Assembly (NCBI GenBank): GCA_965215505.1
Contig: OZ244065.1
Coordinates: 4,768,001-4,832,000, forward strand
Direction: 5' to 3'
Origin: Capsulimonadaceae bacterium
GTDB taxonomy: Bacteria > Armatimonadota > Armatimonadia > Armatimonadales > Capsulimonadaceae
DNA length: 64,000 nucleotides
Shown: one piece after another, positions 9,588-16,856 of the stretch
How positions within the stretch are numbered: position 1 is the stretch's first letter
Layout: each line of letters starts with the position of its first letter
The notes under the pieces: generated by a model
Told to the model about the DNA's origin: nothing
Seen by the model: only the letters and a program-made list of their open reading frames with translations
Database searches by the model: none
Position numbers and translations under genes: made by a program

Positions 9588-9706
9588 AATCACTTTTTCT
9601 AGCAATAAATCAGGCCACAGCCACCCGAAACGGAGAGGCAGGGTTCCCGCTTCCCATCTGTTTCCTATAAGTTGCGTTCTGCAACAGTGAAGCATCCCGC
9701 CCAGCG

Positions 9707-9804
9707 GCCCAACGGCCAAGCTCACCGGCGGCACCACCTGCATAGCCAACCGACCCAGAACGGGACAAGGCAGCGGTGGCGTCCGGTGCAGCGCCTTGTT
9801 AGGT
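9707..9804 (-). repeat. attC site 7
   Basis: GCCCAAC at 9707 ... GTTAGGT at 9798. Confidence 0.9.
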
Positions 9805-10383
9805 GGCAGGCTTAACTAGCCTTGCGCCACGGCGGCTTCGGTTCACACTCCATATGAGGAGAAGACAAATCAAGGCGCCCAAAGCTACAACATTAAGACC
9901 CGTAACTGCTACCGCTGGTAAGGCGACCACAACAGCTCCCGCATCTGAAACCAACGTCGAAGGCGTATTCCAAGACGCCCGTAACGAAGCCAACAAGCCC
10001 CAGCTGAAACCCAGATTGTTCCCATCTTCGCCAGTATAATAGCCCACCACCAACTTCGGCCCACAGACAAACGAGTAAATGACGCCCGCTGTACTGATCT
10101 GGAACAGTTGCAATGCTTGAACGATGAGCGAGAGAATGATGCCCGCGTTCTTATTCGCCACGAGCAGAACGCCAGCCACGAGCGCCAGCAGAAAGAGACT
10201 GAAAGCTGCGGCAGTGACGAGGAAACTCGATCCGCTGGCGTCGGTAACAGCAAAATAGATGCCTGCCGCACCTCCCATAACTTGAATGGAGGCAATCAGC
10301 ATTCGCCAGAACTTCAGCCAGAATAAGTAAACAGCGGGATTGTCTTGCTCGATAGTGTCTTGCTCTGGTGTTGCGAAAGCCAT
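9799..10383 (-). CDS. Cassette ORF, multi-pass membrane protein
   Basis: MAFATPEQ...; about four hydrophobic segments; stop inside attC7 inverse core. Confidence 0.72.
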   Translation of the reverse strand: MAFATPEQDTIEQDNPAVYLFWLKFWRMLIASIQVMGGAAGIYFAVTDASGSSFLVTAAAFSLFLLALVAGVLLVANKNAGIILSLIVQALQLFQISTAGVIYSFVCGPKLVVGYYTGEDGNNLGFSWGLLASLRASWNTPSTLVSDAGAVVVALPAVAVTGLNVVALGALICLLLIWSVNRSRRGARLVKPAT

Positions 10384-10423
10384 TTCTTCTTGCCTTATGT
10401 CCCAGGAGACGCCTGCTCCTGCC

Positions 10424-10520
10424 ACCTAACGGCTAAGCTCAGCCGCGACACCGCAAGCAGAGCCGAACGAACTTGCACAGCATACGGCAGCGGTGGCGTC
10501 GGCTGCAGCGGGTGTTAGGC
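10424..10520 (-). repeat. attC site 8
   Basis: ACCTAAC at 10424 ... GCTCAGCCG ... CGGCTGCAGC ... GTTAGGC at 10514. Confidence 0.9.
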
Positions 10521-10534
10521 CGCTGTTAGTAACG

Positions 10535-10657
10535 TGTCCGTGACGGGGGTTGAACCCGCGACCTCCGGGCCGCCGCTGACGGAGCCACCGCCAGCGACTC
10601 CGCGCCGTGGCGAGCGACGCTTATCCGGCGCTCTCAACCGGTCTGAGCTACACGGAC
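10535..10657 (-). ncRNA. tRNA-like RNA (123 nt) with a 54-nt structured insert replacing the anticodon loop; sole content of an integron cassette
   Basis: Minus strand: GTCCGTG TA GCTC-AGACCGGTTGA-GAGC G CCGGA [54 nt] CCCGG AGGTC GCGGG-TTCAACC-CCCGT CACGGAC A; perfect 7-bp acceptor stem, D stem and T arm; no encoded CCA, no recognisable anticodon. Confidence 0.8.
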
Positions 10658-10667
10658 ATGGAAGCCG

Positions 10668-10767
10668 CTGACGGCAAGGCTTTGTCAGCGGCCTGACGGC
10701 AAGGCTTTGTCAGCGGCCTGACGGCAAGGCTTTGTCAGCGGCCTGACGGCAAGGCTTTGTCAGCGGC
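10668..10767. repeat. Perfect tandem repeat, 4 x 25 bp (CTGACGGCAAGGCTTTGTCAGCGGC)
   Basis: Direct reading; abuts the attC9 core site. Confidence 0.95.
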
Positions 10768-10863
10768 CTAACGGGGGTGCTCACCGGCGACACCTGACTG
10801 CACAGCCAACCGACCTCGCAGAGACAAGGGACAGGTGGCGTCCGGTGCAGCGCCTTGTTGGGC
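10766..10863 (-). repeat. attC site 9
   Basis: GCCTAAC at 10766 ... GTTGGGC at 10857. Confidence 0.9.
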
Positions 10864-10909
10864 CGTCTGGCTGTTAAGGTATTGTCCCAAGTCTCACGCG
10901 ATGCAACCG

Positions 10910-11266
10910 CTAATGCCTACCAACCAGTATCAATAATTTCTTCAAGCCAAGTCCTAACACGGCTATCGGCAGAATTGTAACCATCAGAACCATTACATCC
11001 CGTAAGCCCCGCGAGAAGGCAGGTAGCTTATGCAAAAACAATAGACAAAGAATACCCGGCAGCACAAAAACCATAGGAAATACGATGAGGTCAGCGACAT
11101 AAGGGATACCCGTTAGTCTTACCAAATGCTTGAGCGGAAAAAGACACCAAATTGTCAGGAAAAGTGACGGAAGAATCATGGCATAACCAAGAGTATACTG
11201 ACGTATATTTTGTTGGGTTGCTGGCAAATTGTGTTTTTTAAGTTGTGACTCTGCGGTAGGGTTCAT
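10910..11266 (-). CDS. Cassette ORF, three-TM membrane protein
   Basis: 118 aa, low GC, hydrophobic. Confidence 0.68.
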   Translation of the reverse strand: MNPTAESQLKKHNLPATQQNIRQYTLGYAMILPSLFLTIWCLFPLKHLVRLTGIPYVADLIVFPMVFVLPGILCLLFLHKLPAFSRGLRDVMVLMVTILPIAVLGLGLKKLLILVGRH

Positions 11267-11306
11267 GTCAATTATTCCGATATCGTTTCAAGTTAGCGGT
11301 GACACC

Positions 11307-11534
11307 CTATCTTTGGCCCCCAAGCAAATAGTAGGCGGCATAAGCGACGGGCAATGTCCCCAACAAAATCAATCCAACAGTTGTAAATCGCTTTTGAACT
11401 TCTTTGGCGCGGGTTATTGAATCGCCTGATTGTCCTGCTTTGAGTGTGATAAGAAATACTCGCACGATGAGTACCACGCCAAGTAACATCCACAAGCCAA
11501 AGGGAATAAAAAATGCCTGTTGATGCTGATTCAT
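11307..11534 (-). CDS. Cassette ORF, small two-TM membrane protein
   Basis: MNQHQQAFFIPFGLW... after an AAAGGAG RBS. Confidence 0.68.
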   Translation of the reverse strand: MNQHQQAFFIPFGLWMLLGVVLIVRVFLITLKAGQSGDSITRAKEVQKRFTTVGLILLGTLPVAYAAYYLLGGQR

Positions 11535-11575
11535 CTTGTTCTCTCCTTTCGTCCCTGCACTGCCTTCGTCCAGCG

Positions 11576-11674
11576 GCCCAACGGTGGCGCTCACCGGCGG
11601 CACCTGAACTGCAAAGCCAAATGAACTCGCAGAGCCAAGGGACAGGTGGCGTCCGGTGCAGCGCAATGTTAGAC
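11576..11674 (-). repeat. attC site 10
   Basis: GCCCAAC at 11576 ... GTTAGAC at 11668. Confidence 0.9.
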
Positions 11675-11686
11675 CGCTGACCCTCG

Positions 11687-11770
11687 TTACCAAGTGAATA
11701 AGATTGCGAGACCGTTTTGGGCACATGTTTCTAGGAACAAGCGTGTCTCCCATCGTTGGTATTCATCTAA
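11687..11770 (-). pseudogene. 3' remnant of a truncated cassette gene
   Basis: LDEYQRWETRLFLETCAQNGLAILFTW* ending just before attC10; 5' part replaced by high-GC sequence. Confidence 0.6.
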
Positions 11771-11795
11771 ATCCCGATCGCGACAAGGCCACACC

Positions 11796-12722
11796 ATGTC
11801 CGCCGCCACTCTGCCCGGTCCTCACGCTGCCGCCACATCCCACACCGCCGCCACCGGCCCCCGCACGCCCGCCGGCAAGGCCGTCGCCGCCCGCAATGCC
11901 ACCACCCACGGCCTCTTCGCCCGCGACATCGTCCTGCCCGCCCTCGGCGAAGACCCCGAAGGCTACCGGCAGGTCGCCGACGAACTCGCCGCACAGCTCC
12001 AGCCCGAAAACCTCCTCGAACAGCACTACGTCGAGAAGATCGCCGCCGCCTCCTGGCGTCTGCGCCGCCTCCACCGCTGGCAGGCCCAGCTCTTCGAGGA
12101 CCGCGCGCTCACCGAGGACGAGCGCCTGGACAAGCTCGACAAGGTCCTCCGCCATGAGAGCCGCCTGCATCGGCAAATAGACACAGCGGTAAGGATGCTC
12201 AACCGGGAAGTCCCCGACCTCCACCAGAGCCGCGCCCGACGCCGGGCACTCCTCAACACCCAGAAGTTCGAGGCCGAGTGCCGCGCCGACCTGGAGGCCG
12301 ACCTGGAAGTGACTGTCGAGGCCCGCCGCCTCTTGCAGCCCCTCACCGCCGCGCCCGCCCTCGACACCGCCCTGCTGGACACCGCCCCGACCGCCCAGGA
12401 CGAGGAAGACCGCATCAGCGAAGAAAAACGACAAAACGAACCCCCGCCCTGGCTGGCGGCGCGTCAGGAGGCCGCCGGGCGCGAGCGGGCGCGTCTCCTG
12501 GCGACCCTGGATCACGACATCTCCGAAATCCTCCCCGACGGCCGCCCCGTCTATGTGGACGAAAACACCTGGGCGACCATGCAGCGCCGGCACGAAATGG
12601 GTCGCCCCGAAGAAGCCGCCCGGTACGCCGCCTCCGACCGCGAAGACTTCCTCAAAGACCAGGCCGCCGCCCGCGCCCTCCGCGCCGCCGAAGCCGCCCT
12701 CCCCATGGAGGCCCCCGCGTAG
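11796..12722 (+). CDS. Hypothetical protein (TGPRTxxGK...NAxxHGL family)
   Basis: TGPRTPAGKAVAARNATTHGLFA motif; strong high-GC codon bias. Confidence 0.75.
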   Translation: MSAATLPGPHAAATSHTAATGPRTPAGKAVAARNATTHGLFARDIVLPALGEDPEGYRQVADELAAQLQPENLLEQHYVEKIAAASWRLRRLHRWQAQLFEDRALTEDERLDKLDKVLRHESRLHRQIDTAVRMLNREVPDLHQSRARRRALLNTQKFEAECRADLEADLEVTVEARRLLQPLTAAPALDTALLDTAPTAQDEEDRISEEKRQNEPPPWLAARQEAAGRERARLLATLDHDISEILPDGRPVYVDENTWATMQRRHEMGRPEEAARYAASDREDFLKDQAAARALRAAEAALPMEAPA

Positions 12723-12797
12723 GGGCGGGGTCCCCCGCCCTCATCCTATTCTGACTAACTGACGTTAGGCATGGTCCGCTATAGTGCCCACGCCAGT

Positions 12798-13034
12798 CAG
12801 GACGAGTGATCAAAATCACTCGCTCCATTCGGATTTGTCCCAGGGACAAGGGAGCAGGCTTCCAGAGACTGATCGCTGAGTGCGGGGTCTTTGGAGTGCG
12901 GGGTCTTTGGAGGGCGGGGTCTTTGGAGTGCGGGGTCTTTGGAGGGCGGGGTCTTTGGAGTGCGGGGTCTTTGGCCGGTCTTCTGTCCCCTGGACAGGTC
13001 CGGCGGCAGCGAGTGATTTCAATCACTCGTCCTG
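12798..13034. repeat. REPIN/MITE-like element with 27-bp terminal inverted repeats enclosing a 6 x 16-bp tandem repeat (12878-12973)
   Basis: CAGGACGAGTGATCAAAATCACTCGCT / AGCGAGTGATTTCAATCACTCGTCCTG (25/27 complementary); unit GAG(T/G)GCGGGGTCTTTG. Confidence 0.75.
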
Positions 13035-13237
13035 TCTCGTCCTGCCTCCCCTCCCGCCCTCATCCTAATCTGACTAATCTGACCCCCCTCTCCCGCTTGC
13101 AGGGGCAGGGGCGGGGGGTGGGGGTCCCAAAGCCCTGCGAATCGTCGAACTGTGGTAACATGACCGTGCCCGCCGCACACTGCCCGCCGCGCACTGCCCG
13201 CCGCGCACTGCCCGCCGCCGTCAACCGAGGAGAACAA

Positions 13238-14803
13238 ATGGACACCGAAAACCCACTGCCGCGCCTGATCCAGAGAGACGGCCGCCACGCCCTGTTCGTG
13301 GACGACGCCCCGTACCTCATGCTCGGCGCACAGGTCAACAATTCCAGCGCCTGGCCCAGCGAACTGCCCAAAGTCTGGCCCGCGATGGACTTTCTGGGGG
13401 CCAACACCGTCGAGATTCCCCTCTACTGGGAGCAGATGGAACCCGAGCCGGGGCGGTTCGACTTCTCGCTCGTGGACACCCTGCTCGCCCAGGCCCGTGA
13501 ACACGAGATGCGCCTGGTCCTGCTCTGGTTCGGGACCTGGAAGAACGGCAGCGCCCACTACATGCCGGAATGGATGAAACTCCGGCCTGACCTCTACCCC
13601 AACATCGTCGGCGCGGACGGCAAGTTCGTGGACTCGCCTTCGCCGCACGCCCCCGCCACGCTCGAAGCCGACATCAAGGCGTTCACGGCCCTGATGGCAC
13701 ACCTGAAAGCATCCGACCCGCAGCGCACCGTCCTCATGGTGCAGGTGGAGAACGAGCCGGGGGCCTGGGGCAGTGTCCGCGACTTCTCCCCCGCCGCCCA
13801 GCACCTCTTTGACGGGCCGGTGCCTGACACACTCCTCAGCGCGCTCGGCAGAGGGGCGACGGGGGCGAACTGGAGCGCGGCCTTCGGGGAGGACGCCGAC
13901 GAGTTCTTTCACGCCTGGTCGGTCGCCCACTTCATCGGGCAGGTGGCCGCCGCTGGGAAGGCGGTGTACCCGCTGCCGCTGTATGCCAATGCCGCCCTGC
14001 GCGACCCCCTGAAGCCGACCCGCCCGCCGTCCTACGAAAGCGGCGGCCCGACCGACAACGTGCTGGACATCTGGAAGGCCGCCGCCCCCGCCCTGGACCT
14101 GCTGGCCCCCGACATCTACCTCAGCGGCAGCCCCCGCTGCCTGCGCGCCCTCGACCTGTACGCCCGGCCCGACAACGCCCTGTTCGTCCCGGAGATCGGG
14201 CGCTCCCCCGAGTACGCCCGCTACTTCCACGCCGCGCTCGGGCGTGGTGCCATCGGGTTCGCGCCCTTCGGGCTGGACTACACCGGGTACGCCGACGCCC
14301 CCCTGGGCGCGCCCCCGGTCACGGAAGAGACGCTCGCGCCGTTCGCCTTGAACTACCGGGCGATAGGCCCGATGATGCGCGAGATCGCGCGGCTGAATTT
14401 CGAGGGCAGTGTTTATGCCGATGTTGAGCAGGACGACGTGGCGCAGCCGGACGTGCCGCTCCGGACTCTCGCATTGGGCGCGTGGGAGGCGACGGTCGCC
14501 TACGGCCTCCCCTCCTTCGGCGACGGCGTGGTCCCGCGCGGCAACCCCCAGCCCGTCGGGCGCGCTCTCATCGCCCGGCTTGCCGAAGACCAGTTCCTCG
14601 TCACCGGCTTTTTCTGCCGCGTCCGGTTCCGACCTGCCGGTGCGGACGCCGACCGGCCCTGGCAGTACCTCCATGTGGAGGAAGGCCGCTACGAAAACGG
14701 CGTGTTCCGCGCAAGCCGCTTGTGGAACGGCGACCAGACCGATTGGGGCCTCAACTTCGCCTCCGGCCCGCAGGTCCTGCGCGTCTCGCTCTCGCTGCGC
14801 TGA
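13238..14803 (+). CDS. GH35-like beta-galactosidase with DUF5597-type C-terminus
   Basis: [49 protein letters not shown]. Confidence 0.85.
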   Translation: MDTENPLPRLIQRDGRHALFVDDAPYLMLGAQVNNSSAWPSELPKVWPAMDFLGANTVEIPLYWEQMEPEPGRFDFSLVDTLLAQAREHEMRLVLLWFGTWKNGSAHYMPEWMKLRPDLYPNIVGADGKFVDSPSPHAPATLEADIKAFTALMAHLKASDPQRTVLMVQVENEPGAWGSVRDFSPAAQHLFDGPVPDTLLSALGRGATGANWSAAFGEDADEFFHAWSVAHFIGQVAAAGKAVYPLPLYANAALRDPLKPTRPPSYESGGPTDNVLDIWKAAAPALDLLAPDIYLSGSPRCLRALDLYARPDNALFVPEIGRSPEYARYFHAALGRGAIGFAPFGLDYTGYADAPLGAPPVTEETLAPFALNYRAIGPMMREIARLNFEGSVYADVEQDDVAQPDVPLRTLALGAWEATVAYGLPSFGDGVVPRGNPQPVGRALIARLAEDQFLVTGFFCRVRFRPAGADADRPWQYLHVEEGRYENGVFRASRLWNGDQTDWGLNFASGPQVLRVSLSLR

Positions 14804-15051
14804 CCGCCTGCGGCCAAGAAATGCCCATTCCCAGTGCCGCGAAGCGGTACTTCCCGGCGTCTGCGCCGTATAGCCGTGCCATTTATGGCATGGCCCGCTC
14901 TCGAACACGGTCTGCGCTCGCGCATGGTCCGCGCTCGCGCATGGTTCGCGCTCGCGCATGGTCCGCTCGGACGCGGTTCCCGCCCGCGATCCGCCCGCCC
15001 TTGCTTCTGCCTTGCTCCTGCCCTTGCCAACCGCAAGGCGATATGCTATAA

Positions 15052-15843
15052 TTGCGCGTGTCAGTGGCGCGCAAGTCAACATCGGCGGCAACGGCGGGGG
15101 GCAAGTCACCCCTGAAGGGCGATCGTCGGAACATCAACGAATTTCGCCAAAACGAACTCCGGGCCAAAGCCGCCCGCATCGAGGCCGTCATGACCGAAGC
15201 CTACGGCCCGCGCGTCTGGCGCGCGGAGAACCACCTTGACGACGTTTTGGGCGCACTCGTCGCGACCGTCCTGTCCCAGAACACCAGCGACCTGAACTCG
15301 GGCCGCGCCTATGCGTCCCTAAAAATGGCCTTCCCCGGCGGCTGGGACGATGTCCGCACCGCAAGCGTCACGGCTGTGGCCGACGCCATCCGGGCGGGCG
15401 GACTAGCCAACATCAAAGCCCCGCGCATCCAGGCCATCCTGTCGGACGTGTACGAGCGCAGCGGGCGCACCGACCTTGACCACATCCGGGAGTGGGATGA
15501 CGCGACCATTCGGGACTATTTACGCTCCTTCCACGGCGTCGGCGCGAAGACCGCCGCCTGCGTCCTGATGTTCAACCTGGGCCGCCCCGTCCTGCCCGTG
15601 GACACCCATGTCCACCGCGTCTCGCAGCGGCTCGGCCTCATCGGGCCGGCCGCCAACGCCGACCAGGCCCACGACCTGCTGCCGGGGCTGCTCGACGACG
15701 ACCAGATCTACTCGTATCACGTCCATTTTGTTGAACACGGCCGCCGCGTCTGCCATGCCCGGAACCCGGCCTGTGATGCCTGTCCGGTTCGTAGTGAGTG
15801 TGACTATCACAGCGACCGGCTCTGGGCGGACGTGCCTGAATGA
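15052..15843 (+). CDS. Endonuclease III family HhH-GPD DNA glycosylase (start uncertain)
   Basis: VLSQNTSD, HhH FHGVGAKTA, PVDTHVHR, Cx6Cx2Cx5C FeS loop. Confidence 0.88.
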   Translation: MRVSVARKSTSAATAGGKSPLKGDRRNINEFRQNELRAKAARIEAVMTEAYGPRVWRAENHLDDVLGALVATVLSQNTSDLNSGRAYASLKMAFPGGWDDVRTASVTAVADAIRAGGLANIKAPRIQAILSDVYERSGRTDLDHIREWDDATIRDYLRSFHGVGAKTAACVLMFNLGRPVLPVDTHVHRVSQRLGLIGPAANADQAHDLLPGLLDDDQIYSYHVHFVEHGRRVCHARNPACDACPVRSECDYHSDRLWADVPE

Positions 15844-16244
15844 GCGACGCGCGTCTTACCGATGACGGCCTGTGCTTCGGGTGTGGTCCCCATAACGACA
15901 CCGGCCTGAAGCTGACCTTCGCCTGGGAAGGCGACTCCTGCGTCACCTCTTGGACGCCCCGGCCCGAGCATCAGGGCTGGGCCGACCGGGTCCACGGCGG
16001 CCTGCTGGCCCTCGTGCTGGACGAAGTCTTGTCGCGAGCCGCCCTGGAGCGCCACGGCCTGCATTGGGTGACGGCCGAACTGACGATGCGCCTGAAGCGC
16101 CCCGCCCCCGTCGGCCACCCGCTGCGCGCGCGAGCCTCTATCGTCGCCGTCCGCCCGCGCCTGATCGTCTGCGAAGGCGACATCCGGACCGAGGCCGGCC
16201 TGGTCGTAGCCACCGGCGCGGCCAAGCTCATGCGCGCGCCCTGA
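15840..16244 (+). CDS. PaaI family thioesterase
   Basis: CFGCGPHN, HQGW..VHGGLLALVLDE. Confidence 0.88.
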   Translation: MSDARLTDDGLCFGCGPHNDTGLKLTFAWEGDSCVTSWTPRPEHQGWADRVHGGLLALVLDEVLSRAALERHGLHWVTAELTMRLKRPAPVGHPLRARASIVAVRPRLIVCEGDIRTEAGLVVATGAAKLMRAP

Positions 16245-16265
16245 ACCCGCTTCTGGAACCAACCG

Positions 16266-16841
16266 ATGCCCGAAAACCCGTATCTAAAGAGTGACAGCGC
16301 GGACCCGGAGGCCGCCGAGACGGCCATCGCCGAAACCCCGCTCGAAGCCGCCACCCGGCACGAGGAGCAGGAGGCGGACATGCTCGTCGCCGACATCGAC
16401 GCCTACGTCGCCGAAACCGACCCGGACTCGCTGCCCGAGGCCGAGCAGGCTCTAAACGACTGGCAGATCCCGACCGACCCGCTCGAAGGCGTGCCCGACA
16501 ATATCGCCCTGAACCCCGACGCCGAGACGGAGCCGCTGGTCGCCGTCCTCGCCGCCGGGAGCGAGATGGAGGCGAACATCGTGCGCGGCCTGCTCGAAGC
16601 CGCCGGCATCCCGGCCACCTTCGACGGCCTGCCCGCCCCCATGCTGGGGAACGTCTTCCAGGCCGGCGAGACCCGCTGGGCCGACATCCTCGTCCCCGCC
16701 CGCCTGGCCGACCAGGCCCGCGCCGCCATCGCCGAGGCCACCGCCTCCGCCCAGGCCGACGACCAGACTCTGACCGACAGCCAGACTTTGACCGACAGCC
16801 AGACTCTGACCGACAGCCAGACTTTGACAGATAATCCGTAA
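16266..16841 (+). CDS. DUF2007-like domain protein with C-terminal (QTLTDS)n repeat
   Basis: EANIVRGLLEAAGIPA...ILVP...ARAAI; 18-bp tandem repeat at 16763-16830. Confidence 0.7.
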   Translation: MPENPYLKSDSADPEAAETAIAETPLEAATRHEEQEADMLVADIDAYVAETDPDSLPEAEQALNDWQIPTDPLEGVPDNIALNPDAETEPLVAVLAAGSEMEANIVRGLLEAAGIPATFDGLPAPMLGNVFQAGETRWADILVPARLADQARAAIAEATASAQADDQTLTDSQTLTDSQTLTDSQTLTDNP

Positions 16842-16856
16842 CCGAGGTCCATCATC

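Larger units (their letters stand above)
6850..11770 (-). mobile_element. Integron gene-cassette array lacking an integrase in the window (CALIN): 10 attC sites
   Basis: Ten ~97-100-bp imperfect palindromes RYYYAAC...GTTRRRY separating short, co-oriented, lower-GC ORFs; several stop codons lie inside the inverse core site; no tyrosine recombinase ORF in the window. Confidence 0.92.

Noticed and set aside
10535-10657. Canonical tRNA, group I intron-containing tRNA, tmRNA or YrlA
   Set aside because: There is no U33/anticodon loop; 54 nt is far too short for a group I intron; tmRNA lacks a D stem and needs a tag ORF; YrlA has a permuted arm order and no Ro60/rtcB gene is nearby. An Rfam search is still needed to exclude these formally.
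6850-11674. Regularly spaced repeats as a CRISPR array
   Set aside because: Repeats are ~100 bp with attC core sites, the intervals are hundreds of bp and contain ORFs, and there are no cas genes.
11796-12722. Divergent gene at the array head as the integron integrase
   Set aside because: No tyrosine recombinase R-H-R-Y motifs; it belongs to a TGPRT..GK/HGL hypothetical family.
12764-12770. Isolated GTTAGGC as attI or a further attC
   Set aside because: No partner site or internal boxes seen; a 7-mer can occur by chance.
12878-12973. 16-bp repeats as a mini-CRISPR or iterons
   Set aside because: Head-to-tail with no spacers, and no rep gene nearby.
12806-13237. N-terminal extension of the GH35-like ORF
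   Set aside because: It translates the repeat element; a good RBS precedes the ATG at 13238.
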